A DNA stretch of 63,971 nt, the filler included, from Welwitschia mirabilis (taxonomy: Eukaryota), in assembly GCA_051453625.1 (NCBI GenBank). It is 4 parts of one record of this genome, joined end to end, with 100 filler letters (N's around TTAATTAATTAA, not from the genome) between each part and the next. Parts side by side here need not be neighbours in the genome. Positions count along the whole stretch, not along the records: positions 14,000 to 41,156 come from JBOZIK010000001.1; 3 more parts are not named here. One strand, written 5' to 3'. The notes under the pieces were generated by a model. It did not search any database, was not told where the DNA came from, and saw only the letters and a list, made by a program, of their open reading frames with translations. Within the stretch, counting starts at the first letter, position 1. Each line of letters opens with the position of its first letter. Of the stretch, positions 25,670 through 38,330 are shown piece after piece. Made by a program: the position numbers and the translations under genes.

Positions 25670-28600
25670 TGTTGTGGTACATATTTATGCAATGTTTTAT
25701 GTCTTGATCTAAATTCTGTTAATTACAAATAAGATGCACAAACACAACACGCTAGTATAGTAGGGACTGATCCAAATGTCGTAATTCCATCGAAAGCCCA
25801 TAGTATGGAAATATAAGAGTTGATTTTGAGATAGAAATATGTAACCCTAATTTACTGAAATAAATTGCAATGCATGGAATTAAAATATACTTACGCAAAA
25901 CTAATCTAAGAAAAGAAATAACGATGCACCTAAACTAATTAAGCTCAACCTTGATAAAGGCTGCCCTTATAATCTATATAATAGAAGAAACCTATCACTG
26001 AATCTTAAATAACATAAACTATGAGGGATAATTTCCTGCATATATTGAACACAAAAGAAGATAATTCATATTAAAAAGCATGCAACATTCATANNNNNNN
26101 NNNNNNNNNNNNNNNNNNNNNNNNNNNNNNNNNNNNNNNNNNNNNNNNNNNNNNNNNNNNNNNNNNNNNNNNNNNNNNNNNNNNNNNNNNNNNACACAAA
26201 AGAAGATAATTCATATTAAAAAGCATGCAACATTCATATTACAAAGTAGCCATTTCTCAATGAAATAAATTCCACCCAACACCAAGGGAACATCTCTCTA
26301 CAATCACAGAATGGTTCTCCGATCCTAAGATCTCCTGTCACAAGTATATCAGGTACTATTAAAGATGATTAGGGATCAAGGAGGGAATCCTTATTTATAG
26401 ACAGAAAAGAAAGGAAAACTGACAGAGAAGCAAAGGAAAGACTCTAGCTAGCATGTAAAGGAAAGTCGCAAAGAAGTGGCGACAACTTGGAAAAACATTC
26501 GGTAAAAGAATGGGAGAACAGTGTCATCCTTCTAGTCGTCTGGACGATGTAGGAGATGACGAAAACTGATAATTAGATATCTGTTTAGCTCCCTATTTAA
26601 CAACTTATGAACTACATGTGAACTTGTTATCGCCCTGTTAGAGATGTCTTCCTCTACTGACATCTAGATGATGAGGTGGATGACAGGCTTTTATCAATCT
26701 TGAGTTAGTTTGATCACTTGTTATTTGTGGGAATCATTATCTAAAATATCATTTATCCATATCTATATCAANNNNNNNNNNNNNNNNNNNNNNNNNNNNN
26801 NNNNNNNNNNNNNNNNNNNNNNNNNNNNNNNNNNNNNNNNNNNNNNNNNNNNNNNNNNNNNNNNNNNNNNNTTGAGTTAGTTTGATCACTTGTTATTTGT
26901 GGGAATCATTATCTAAAATATCATTTATCCATATCTATATCAAAAGCTTGTAATTTATTTAGAAACTACATGTTTTCATCCTCTTCATCTTGATTCTCCA
27001 TTATCATGAGAACTAAGCATTTATCTATTAATTTACCTGCAAAACAACTTAGCATACCCTATCAAATACATGTAAGTTGGTAGTGTAACATAGCCCCCTA
27101 CTTAGCCTTNNNNNNNNNNNNNNNNNNNNNNNNNNNNNNNNNNNNNNNNNNNNNNNNNNNNNNNNNNNNNNNNNNNNNNNNNNNNNNNNNNNNNNNNNNN
27201 NNNNNNNNNNNNNNNNNNNNNNNNNNNNNNNNNNNNNNNNNNNNNNNNNNNNNNNNNNNNNNNNNNNNNNNNNNNNNNNNNNNNNNNNNNNNNNNNNNNN
27301 NNNNNNNNNNNNNNNNNNNNNNNNNNNNNNNNNNNNNNNNNNNNNNNNNNNNNNNNNNNNNNNNNNNNNNNNNNNNNNNNNNNNNNNNNNNNNNNNNNNN
27401 NNNNNNNNNNNNNNNNNNNNNNNNNNNNNNNNNNNNNNNNNNNNNNNNNNNNNNNNNNNNNNNNNNNNNNNNNNNNNNNNNNNNNNNNNNNNNNNNNNNN
27501 NNNNNNNNNNNNNNNNNNNNNNNNNNNNNNNNNNNNNNNNNNNNNNNNNNNNNNNNNNNNNNNNNNNNNNNNNNNNNNNNNNNNNNNNNNNNNNNNNNNN
27601 NNNNNNNNNNNNNNNNNNNNNNNNNNNNNNNNNNNNNNNNNNNNNNNNNNNNNNNNNNNNNNNNNNNNNNNNNNNNNNNNNNNNNNNNNNNNNNNNNNNN
27701 NNNNNNNNNNNNNNNNNNNNNNNNNNNNNNNNNNNNNNNNNAAAATGTATTAACTCCATAAAGTTCATTAAAAAAGGTAGTAGTTATGGTGATATCCAAA
27801 GTTTTAAGTGTGTAGAATAATGAAAGTCAAAATCAAAAGTATCTAAGAACACCTGCTTTTACCTACAAACTCACTGGAATCTCTAAAAGTGAAATAATCA
27901 AGTGGGAAGACTAAATATTTTGTTTCTTTTTACCATAATGAGGGGAGTGCAACCACTATCAGAGGAGTAAGAAACCGTGAAGCATGATCAACTGACCCCC
28001 TGGTGGAGTTCCCATAGCTATCATATTACACTGCCAAAGGCTCCTCTCGGAAATATTTTCCCCAGTGTACTTACAGTAGAACATCATGTTTTTCATCTCT
28101 CTCTCTCTCTCTTTTTTTTTTTTTTTTTTGAAAACAAAAGATTTCCACGTGATCACANNNNNNNNNNNNNNNNNNNNNNNNNNNNNNNNNNNNNNNNNNN
28201 NNNNNNNNNNNNNNNNNNNNNNNNNNNNNNNNNNNNNNNNNNNNNNNNNNNNNNNNNNNNNNNNNNNNNNNNNNNNNNNNNNNNNNNNNNNNNNNNNNNN
28301 NNNNNNNNNNNNNNNNNNNNNNNNNNNNNNNNNNNNNNNNNNNNNNNNNNNNNNNNNNNNNNNNNNNNNNNNNNNNNNNNNNNNNNNNNNNNNNNNNNNN
28401 NNNNNNNNNNNNNNNNNNNNNNNNNNNNNNNNNNNNNNNNNNNNNNNNNNNNNNNNNNNNNNNNNNNNNNNNNNNNNNNNNNNNNNNNNNNNNNNNNNNN
28501 NNNNNNNNNNNNNNNNNNNNNNNNNNNNNNNNNNNNNNNNNNNNNNNNNNNNNNNNNNNNNNNNNNNNNNNNNNNNNNNNNNNNNNNNNNNNNNNNNNNN

Positions 28601-31600
28601 NNNNNNNNNNNNNNNNNNNNNNNNNNNNNNNNNNNNNNNNNNCATTAACTAAACCTTTTTCTGCTGCATTAAACACTCTTATTGAAAATCGTTTATTTCC
28701 AAAATGACATTTTATCAATCCAGTTCTTGTATCTATGATGTAATGGGCTATTTCACAGAAAGCTCTACCTAGAAGTAGGGGATATCCACCTTAATGCTCA
28801 ACTTTTAGAATGATGACATTTATTAGGTAGAAAGCTTCCTCTATCTGAATGATCAAGTTCTTAATCACACCTAAAGGTCTNNNNNNNNNNNNNNNNNNNN
28901 NNNNNNNNNNNNNNNNNNNNNNNNNNNNNNNNNNNNNNNNNNNNNNNNNNNNNNNNNNNNNNNNNNNNNNNNNNNNNNNNGTTTATTTTCAAAATGACAT
29001 TTTATCAATCCAGTTCTTGTATCTATGATGTAATGGGCTATTGCACAGAAAGCTCTACCTAGAAGTAGGGGATATCCACCTTAATGCTCAACTTCTAGAA
29101 CGATGACATTTATTAGGTAGAAAGCTTCCTCTATCTGAATGATCAAGTTCTTGATCACACCTAAGGGTCTTTTTATAGATGCATCAGCTAATTCTAAGAC
29201 AATTTGTGTAAGTTCTNNNNNNNNNNNNNNNNNNNNNNNNNNNNNNNNNNNNNNNNNNNNNNNNNNNNNNNNNNNNNNNNNNNNNNNNNNNNNNNNNNNN
29301 NNNNNNNNNNNNNNNNNNNNNNNNNNNNNNNNNNNNNNNNNNNNNNNNNNNNNNNNNNNNNNNNNNNNNNNNNNNNNNNNNNNNNNNNNNNNNNNNNNNN
29401 NNNNNNNNNNNNNNNNNNNNNNNNNNNNTTATTTTCTTCTTATTAGGTCTTTCCATAACTTAGAGTATTTGAGATTTTCTTATAAAAGTTTCCAAAAAGG
29501 TAAGTTGATGTTTATGTTTTGCATTAAGGCTTTCAAATAATCGTCAAAGATGGGGTTTGTGTTAAGCCTATTAAGCCATAGAGTAGCAGGTTTCTTTTGA
29601 GACTGATCTTTCTTTTTATTGCTAAGTGAAGAAGGAAAGGAATGATTTTCTAGGATTTCTATGTCTTCTTCCTCATCGTTTTTGTCATTGTTGGAAGTTG
29701 AAGCCTCATGATTAGGGGGAGTTGTAACGGTTCCACTTCTTGTCACCACCTTATAATCTTTTCATACTTTATTAGGATTCGATAAAGATTGAGTAACAAG
29801 GGTCCCTTGTGGTCTTTGATTGGTAAGCATGGTTTGTTGTAAAATGTTCATAAGATTTTCTATGTTTGTGTTTGTCTTCTTTTGAGTTTTTCTTAACTTC
29901 TCGATGAAATTCCTAAGGGGATTACTATGGTTCTGGGAGTTGAAAGGGCTTGCCAAGTTATTGGGACAGTTGGATTAAAAGTTTTGATATTCAAATCTAT
30001 TTCAGAATGATTGGGAGTTAGGATAATGTGTTTGAAAATTATTAGNNNNNNNNNNNNNNNNNNNNNNNNNNNNNNNNNNNNNNNNNNNNNNNNNNNNNNN
30101 NNNNNNNNNNNNNNNNNNNNNNNNNNNNNNNNNNNNNNNNNNNNNGGGGATTACTATGGGTCTGGGAGTTGAAAGGGCTTGCCAAGTTATTGGGACAGTG
30201 GGATTAAAAGTTTTGATATTCAAATCTATTTCAGAATGATTGGGAGTTAGGATAATGTGTTTGAAAATTATTAGATTATTCATTCATCCTATTCTGAAAA
30301 TTATGATTTGTGACTTATCTTTGGTTATAGTTTTAAATGTAGCTAGAGGATCCTTGGTTCAAAGCACGAACTTCTTTATAAATTCTCTCTTTGCACATNN
30401 NNNNNNNNNNNNNNNNNNNNNNNNNNTGATAACTATCCTCGCATAAATCATAAGTTGGAATAATAATTTGACTTTTCTCAGTTGCCACTTTAGCATCAAG
30501 GATCATTTGGGTCTATTTTTCTAAGGTAGAAGTGAAATCTTTAATGACACTAGTTGGCTCATTTTCTATTTTAGTTTTAGCTTTATTGTGTTTGGCTTCT
30601 TTAAGGTCCTTAATGATTTGGCCTACTATTCTATTTTCTCTAGAGGAGGGTTTTGATTAAATTTGATTTATTTCAACTAAATCTTCCAAAATCTTCAAAG
30701 CATCTTCTAAGGTTTGGTTTAATAGGTTGCCTCCACAAGAAAAATTTATAAGTTTCTTGATATGACTATTTAACCACTATAGAATAGTCTATTAATTCTA
30801 CATCTGAAAAGGCATCTACGGGGTTTGAATGTAAAACAACAAAGAATTACTTATAAGCATAGGCATAGTCCTCATTAGGTAATTGTTGTAAGTTTGTGAC
30901 TTCTTTCTTATGTTTCCGGATGGTGGTTTCATTCATGAATCTTTTGATAAAGGTATTTTGAACTTGACTCTAAGATTTAAGGCTCTTATTAGGGATTATT
31001 CTAAGCCAAAGTTTTGTCTTATCTCATAATGTGATGGAAAAAATGACCATGTAGGTTCTATCAGTTATTCGTTTTTTACTATTTTCGGAAGTAAAGATGA
31101 GTTGTTTAATTTCGGCAATGTGTTGTAAGGGGTCTTTATCAGGTTCTCCACGAAAGATAGGGTAAGCATTTAGGTTTTTAAGTTCTACATTATCACCAGG
31201 AGGTAAGTCAAAGGGATTTTTAATTTCAAGCTTTTTATTTGCTATGAGATCTCTCAAAGTAGCATGAGTATTAGGTTGAGAAGGAGTAGAAGTAATGGTT
31301 CCAATGATAGGGGGTAAATTCAAAGAGATAGGTTATTTTTGGTAAGAGGTCAACATGGTATGAGACTCTATAGAATTAAAATCAAAAATCGCAGGAAATT
31401 TTAAATTTTGCATACCATGTCTATTTTGATTTTTAATTTTAAAATTTAGTAAACCTTCTCTGATATTTTCTGTAATAAACTATTTCTTTCTCTGGTATTT
31501 TTCACCTTTTTTAATCTTAACCATTCAGTCTCAGATCTGAAGTATCGTCCTGTGTGTTATCTGGATGATAACCTGGACGATAAAAACATAGACAACCATA

Positions 31601-32892
31601 AAAGGTGGAAAGTAGAAAAGGGACAGTTGTCCAACTGTGACATTTGGACGATGAAGGGAACATCAGAGGTTAGTAAAAATAAAAATTGAAACAAAAAACT
31701 TATAGAGTACTGGTACATCACTGCAGCAGCAAATATCTAGACTATNNNNNNNNNNNNNNNNNNNNNNNNNNNNNNNNNNNNNNNNNNNNNNNNNNNNNNN
31801 NNNNNNNNNNNNNNNNNNNNNNNNNNNNNNNNNNNNNNNNNNNNNNNNNNNNNNNNNNNNNNNNNNNNNNNNNNNNNNNNNNNNNNNNNNNNNNNNNNNN
31901 NNNNNNNNNNNNNNNNNNNNNNNNNNNNNNNNNNNNNNNNNNNNNNNNNNNNNNNNNNNNNNNNNNNNNNNNNGAATTAAAATATACTTATGCAAAACTA
32001 ATTTAAAAAAATAAATAATAATGCACCTAAACTAATTAAGCTCAATCTTGATAAAGGCTACTCTCATAATCTATATAATAGAAAAAACCTATCACTGAAT
32101 CTTAATAACATAAACTATGAAAGATAAGTTCCTGCATATATTGAATACAAAATAAAATAATTCATATTAAAAAGCATGCAACATTCGTATTACAAAGTAG
32201 TCGTTTCTCANNNNNNNNNNNNNNNNNNNNNNNNNNNNNNNNNNNNNNNNNNNNNNNNNNNNNNNNNNNNNNNNNNNNNNNNNNNNNNNNNNNNNNNNNN
32301 NNNNNNNNNNNNNNNNNNNNNNNNNNNNNNNNNNNNNNNNNNNNNNNNNNNNNNNNNNNNNNNNNNNNNNNNNNNNNNNNNNNNNNNNNNNNNNNNNNNN
32401 NNNNNNNNNNNNNNNNNNNNNNNNNNNNNNNNNNNNNNNNNNNNNNNNNNNNNNNNNNNNNNNNNNNNNNNNNNNNNNNNNNNNNNNNNNNNNNNNNNNN
32501 NNNNNNNNNNNNNNNNNNNNNNNNNNNNNNNNNNNNNNNNNNNNNNNNNNNNNNNNNNNNNNNNNNNNNNNNNNNNNNNNNNNNNNNNNNNNNNNNNNNN
32601 NNNNNNNNNNNNNNNNNNNNNNNNNNNNNNNNNNNNNNNNNNNNNNNNNNNNNNNNNNNNNNNNNNNNNNNNNNNNNNNNNNNNNNNNNNNNNNNNNNNN
32701 NNNNNNNNNNNNNNNNNNNNNNNNNNNNNNNNNNNNNNNNNNNNNNNNNNNNNNNNNNNNNNNNNNNNNNNNNNNNNNNNNNNNNNNNNNNNNNNNNNNN
32801 NNNNNNNNNNNNNNNNNNNNNNNNNNNNNNNNNNNNNNNNNNNNNNNNNNNNNNNNNNNNNNNNNNNNNNNNNNNNNNNNNNNNNNNNNNNN
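25670..32892 (-). mobile_element. Athila-like Ty3/Gypsy element with gag+protease only (apparently non-autonomous)
   Basis: 3' LTR 25670-27090 (TGTTACAC...CACAACA on minus strand), PPT-like AAGTAGGGGGCTA at 27091-27103, second LTR copy visible at 31974-32210; gag/PR remnants between; right end lies in gap. Confidence 0.75.
28650..31357 (-). pseudogene. Gag-protease polyprotein remnant
   Basis: YPIFRGEPDKDPLQHIAE (Athila gag), VVTRSG, QMNININLPFWKLL, GGYPLLLGRAFC; homologous to 41260-42200 on the + strand. Confidence 0.75.
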
Positions 32893-32919
32893 TCTCTCTC
32901 TCTCTCTCTCTCTCTCTCT
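32893..32919. repeat. (CT)n microsatellite
   Basis: Direct reading. Confidence 0.9.
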
Positions 32920-34499
32920 ATTCCCTTGCTTGTGGAGCTTGGAGCTTGCAAACTTGTATCTTAGGAGCTTAGAGCTAAGGAACTCTTGAGTTTGGATCTT
33001 CATCATCTATAACTATTAAGGTCTTACTAATCTTTTCAACTAAGCTTCTTACTCTTATTGTCCATATGATCTCCTTTCTCTGTTGGAATGTTGTGATATT
33101 TCATTATGGAATTATTTATAGCTTTTACTCGATTATGTTATAAAATATTTTCCACTCCCATTGACATCCATAAATATGTTATAGTGAGATATCAGAGGAT
33201 CTCTTGTGCTTGGTAATGGTAGACTACTAATAGATGATTATGGTCAAGTGATCAGGGGGTTCACTATAAAAAGAGAGAAATGAAATTTTGGTACCCATGT
33301 TTTATTTTAGTTTTATATTTATTTTTATCTAATATCCATTAAGACCATCTTATTATGGGCAAAGTCTGATCCTTAAAATTCTCTTTAGGCTAGTACTCTT
33401 TCATAGAAAATCTTAAGGCTTAAAGTAAATGTTTTTTTTAATTGATTTGATTTTTTCTTTCTACAATGACTCTTTTATTTTTATAAGTGATTTCTCTTTC
33501 TATAATAAATTAGTTAGTATATCCATTATTTTCTAATCTAATTTATACTTAAGTAGTTGTAGAAACTTTATCATATTTTTGTTATGGTGAAATTAAATTT
33601 CCAGAATAGAGGTATAGGATAAAAACATCATATCTTATTAATTAATAGGTATAAATTAGTAAAAAAAATGTAAGTTTAGGATTGTGTTATACATGGGAAA
33701 ATGTAAAAACAGTAATTTCTCTGATAAGTAATTATTTTTAAAAATATTTATTTATTAAATATGTTAGAAAATAAATGAAGAAAATAGTAAGTAAGTAATT
33801 TATGTTTCTGTACCTATCTGTGAATATATTTTCAAACTTAAGTATCCTACATTGTAGGAAATTGAATAACCTTCCAGAACATCTTAAATCCTTCAAAAAA
33901 TCAAAGTATAATGAAAGTTATGATCATTTTAATATAGGGTGTTAGGACTATAATTTTAAAAAATTNNNNNNNNNNNNNNNNNNNNNNNNNNNNNNNNNNN
34001 NNNNNNNNNNNNNNNNNNNNNNNNNNNNNNNNNNNNNNNNNNNNNNNNNNNNNNNNNNNNNNNNNNNNNNNNNNNNNNNNNNNNNNNNNNNNNNNNNNNN
34101 NNNNNNNNNNNNNNNNNNNNNNNNNNNNNNNNNNNNNNNNNNNNNNNNNNNNNNNNNNNNNNNNNNNNNNNNNNNNNNNNNNNNNNNNNNNNNNNNNNNN
34201 NNNNNNNNNNNNNNNNNNNNNNNNNNNNNNNNNNNNNNNNNNNNNNNNNNNNNNNNNNNNNNNNNNNNNNNNNNNNNNNNNNNNNNNNNNNNNNNNNNNN
34301 NNNNNNNNNNNNNNNNNNNNNNNNNNNNNNNNNNNNNNNNNNNNNNNNNNNNNNNNCATATGAAATCTTAGCTAAATACTTATATCTTAACAATTATGCT
34401 TGAGCTATACTTTCTTTTGTTTACCTTCTTTACACCAATATAAGGAGATTATCATATAAGCATGGAAGAGTGTTTCTAAGATTGGCATAGCTTTAGGTA

Positions 34500-34966
34500 T
34501 GTCTTAGTTTATTTAAGTATATTATTTTATATTTTTTAATTATTATTGAAAGAAAAATAAAAGAATATTTCCTTTATTTAGATAGGAAAAAAGAATAGAT
34601 TATTTCTTTTATCTAGATTTTTATTATTACAGTCTTGGGAAAAAAGAAATGTTCTTGTATGCTTGCTTTTTTGTTTATGATTATTTCTATAAAATGAATT
34701 GAATAATGATTATAATACAACTAGGTAAATTATTCATTAACTATCCACATTGGTTAGAATTATTTTTATGCATTTGTATGGTATATTCATCAAACAGAAC
34801 TAAATCAAGATAATTCTAATAATGTTCATTCCCATACTTAGATTTCATCACCAAGGTGGGTTACATTGCATCTTTTTATATTACCCTTCTGGAAGTAAAT
34901 TTCATCACCACTCTTCTATCCTAGCCATGTATGAACTTACTCAAATTTAATATCTTGAGCCCTTAG
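34500..34966 (+). repeat. Second copy of 22700-23152 (probable 3' LTR remnant)
   Basis: Colinear diverged direct repeat (e.g. AAATCAAGATAATTCTAATAATGTTCAT, CCAAGGTGGGTTAC), ends at gap. Confidence 0.7.
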
Positions 34967-35499
34967 NNNNNNNNNNNNNNNNNNNNNNNNNNNNNNNNNN
35001 NNNNNNNNNNNNNNNNNNNNNNNNNNNNNNNNNNNNNNNNNNNNNNNNNNNNNNNNNNNNNNNNNNTTAAATTTAGGTAAAAATAAACTTCAATTAGTTT
35101 CTTATGAATACCAATGTTTAAACAAAAATTTATTTAAGTTAATGCTCGTATCCTCATCCAAAAGGCGGAAGAGATTAATATATCTCAGTCAACTTATATA
35201 TATAATATCTAAGCTAGTTTAAGACTAAACAAAGAATTGCTAGCCTTGTTATTATAACATTTCCTTTAGCTATTGAAAATATCCTTACAATACTAGTTAG
35301 AGTAAGATATAAAATATAACTTGTTATTCTTAAAAATTCATATAGTAACTATAGCAATAATAAAATTAAAATAGTATGAACTTAAATATTCAAGGTTTCT
35401 AAGAGTTAGTACTCAAAGATAGATTTCCCCTCCATTAGGTTATCTTAAATTAAGTTTTTTCTCCTTACATTAGATTTTCTTGAATGAATCTCTTTAAGA

Positions 35500-37406
35500 A
35501 CTACTTCATCAATATAGTATTACATCATTTGGTATTATAATACAACAGTTAATTGATCATACTATGCAAGAACTAAATCAATAAATAGAAGTCATGCCCA
35601 TAAAAAAAACCCCTTTAGAAGTAGTCAGTGAACAGACAGTAAATAATGGCATAATATGTACAAGTCACTTGTCTAATATACAAAGTTTTTTATCATTAAC
35701 AAGAAGATAAAAATATGTAAAATGACAGAAAAAGATTATGGGAGAGGATGGTCATCATGATCAATAATCATGCTTATGAAGAGAACAATGAAAAAGCAGT
35801 CTAATACAATAGTATCAAACTTTAATGTTCTCTCCTCTATAAAAGATCNNNNNNNNNNACAACCTCTATATTCTAAATTTTAAAAAAAGTTAACGATGAT
35901 GTATCTAAAGAAATTAAGATATTTTAGAGAGAAATACAAGTATTTTCACAACCAATATCATGCGCAATTTGTAATGAGATGTATCAGTCTATAGAGTTGG
36001 TATAAAGCAGACATGGCCCTACTTGTAGACAGTGCTAATATGAAAAAAGGGAAGGGATCACAACTAATGATGAAGAAATTAGATGTTTCTTTATTCAGAA
36101 CAACATGGGTCTATGACCTTATCCATTTCTTTTATTCCATCTTACACAGGTTCAAGAAATGCTTATTTCAAAGATAAATCCATTACTTCAAGTTACACAT
36201 GCAACCATTGATCAACTGGTATATCTATGGTATATTATAAGCTTTCCACAAGATGTGTCACATATTGCAAGGGTTTTGCCCTCTAAAATTACACAAATAC
36301 GCATCCTTATTCTAAAAAGAAGGGATTAAAATGGAATAGAATATAATTTTATTGTAAACAAGAAATGATTGTATCATGCCTTATGCTTTAAGAAGGAGAA
36401 TGCTTCTCTCTACCACAATGTTACTTAATATTGACAAAAGGCTTAAAGAGATATTTCCAGCTCACTGTCATATGAGTTTTGGTGGAAGGTCTATCATATT
36501 AATAAGAGATCTTGCTCAATTACCTCCAGTGAAGAATTATCCACCATATAATGATAGTGAGGAAATGAAGATACCATAGAGATCATTAAATATACTTATT
36601 GTATTAGATGTAGTCTATAGACAAAATGGTGATGATCCAAATCAATAAAGGTTTAGAAATGTATTGATAAATATAAGAGATGAAAAAGCTTTAGATAATG
36701 ATTATGAATTTCTAATGATGAGGTTTAAACTTCCTTCCACATCCAATTGAATGGATGATTTCCAAGATTCAGTTCATCTATTCACCATGAATGATATGGT
36801 TTTCTCTTATAACAGAAAGTGCTTACTTCAAATGTAATCACCCATTGCATGATGTGTAGCAGACAAGACATAAGATTTAGTTAGATACGATGATGTTGAT
36901 GATGAATTAGAAACAAAGCTTCTTATTTATCAAGGAGATAGGGTCATGTTAGCTATGAACATATGATCTAAAGCTGGATTAGTAAATGGGTCTATGGGTG
37001 TTGTTAAAACAATAGTTTATTGGCTAGGAAATAATTCACCTGATCTTCCAACCTATGTTATGGTTAACTTGGATACCTACACTAGAGTTCTTTTTGATGA
37101 ATTAAGTCCAAAAATAGTTCCTATCATTTCTTTCTCCAGAGATCGATTAAAACAACTACCTCTTAAACTTGCTTGGACATTAACAATTCATAAATCTCAG
37201 GGGATGACCCTTAGTAAAGCATGTATAGACCTTGGTTTCAAGGAAATGTTAGGATTAACTTTTATAACTCTTTCTTGAGTGAAGTTAATAGAATCATAAA
37301 GATATTAAATTTCTTCTCTAAACATATATATAGGAAATTATCCAAAGAATCTAATTTAGAAAAGAAGATTCAAGAAGAGCAATGTTTAGTAAGCCTAGAA
37401 GTCTAA
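35500..37406 (+). pseudogene. Helitron-like RepHel copy E: 5' Rep/DUF6570 part joined directly to C-terminal Pif1-family helicase
   Basis: LTQVQEMLISKINPLLQV..IISFPQDV, then from ~36400 IDKRLKEIFP..FGGRSIILIRDLAQLPPV, VYRQ, RVML..GLVNGSMGVV, QLPLKLAWTLTIHKSQGMTL, GLTFITLS (Pif1 motifs III-VI). Confidence 0.88.
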
Positions 37407-37916
37407 AATGCATCATATTTGTAATAATTTATCTATTTGTCTGTGATGTACATTTTTATCAAATGATAAAATGAATTATTATTTATTTCTTATAATTAAA
37501 TATTACTAATTTGTCTATCTTGCATGCTTGTATTGCTATTTCTTACCTTCGTTATAATACTTAAATGCCTGTATTATTCTTTATTAGCTTCATTATTAAA
37601 AAAATGATACTTGACCTCTTTATAAACTATATGAGCACTTTCTTCCCTATATTATTATCTTTTTCAGTTCGTGCATTTTTACATTTAAATATAGAAAATA
37701 GATATCATTACATACTTAACTCATTACCTTGTTTCCAACATTGAGATTATTTGTTTAAATGACATGATTAGTAATAACGATTACAAATAAAAATGCAGGC
37801 ATGTCCATAAAGGCCTTTCTAATTAAAACAATTATGACTCATGAATTGGAATCCATAAAAGACTTAATAATTATTGCATTTATAACTAATAATAATTAGT
37901 GGCAAGTAACCATTAG

Positions 37917-38330
37917 CTTAGATATATATTTTATGTGCATCTAATATTTAGCCGAAATATATCAATTTCTACTGCCTTTCAAATGAGGGTACAAGCATTA
38001 ACCTAACTGCATTTCTATCATCTGTTGGACAAGGGTACAAGCATTAACCTAAGCACATTTTTCCTACACATTAGTGTTGACTTTAACTACACCCAAGTTA
38101 ACTTTAACTTCTATCAACATCAACTTTAATTATATGGTTAATGTTAACCAATCATCAAAAGGTAATGTCTCATTCTTAGCTAGGCAAAATGTGCCTAGGT
38201 TAATGCTTGTACCCTCATCTTATACGTGGCAAAAATGCAGTTAGGTTAATTCTTCTACCCTCATCCGAAAGGTGGTATAAATTGATATCTCTTGGCCAAA
38301 TATTAGATGTATATAAAATTTATATCTAAG
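37917..38330. mobile_element. Foldback element / MITE with ~150-bp imperfect terminal inverted repeats
   Basis: 37917-~38067 is the reverse complement of ~38180-38330 (CTTAGATATA.../...TATATCTAAG; GAGGGTACAAGCATTAACCTA vs TAGGTTAATGCTTGTACCCTC); no clear TSD. Confidence 0.8.
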
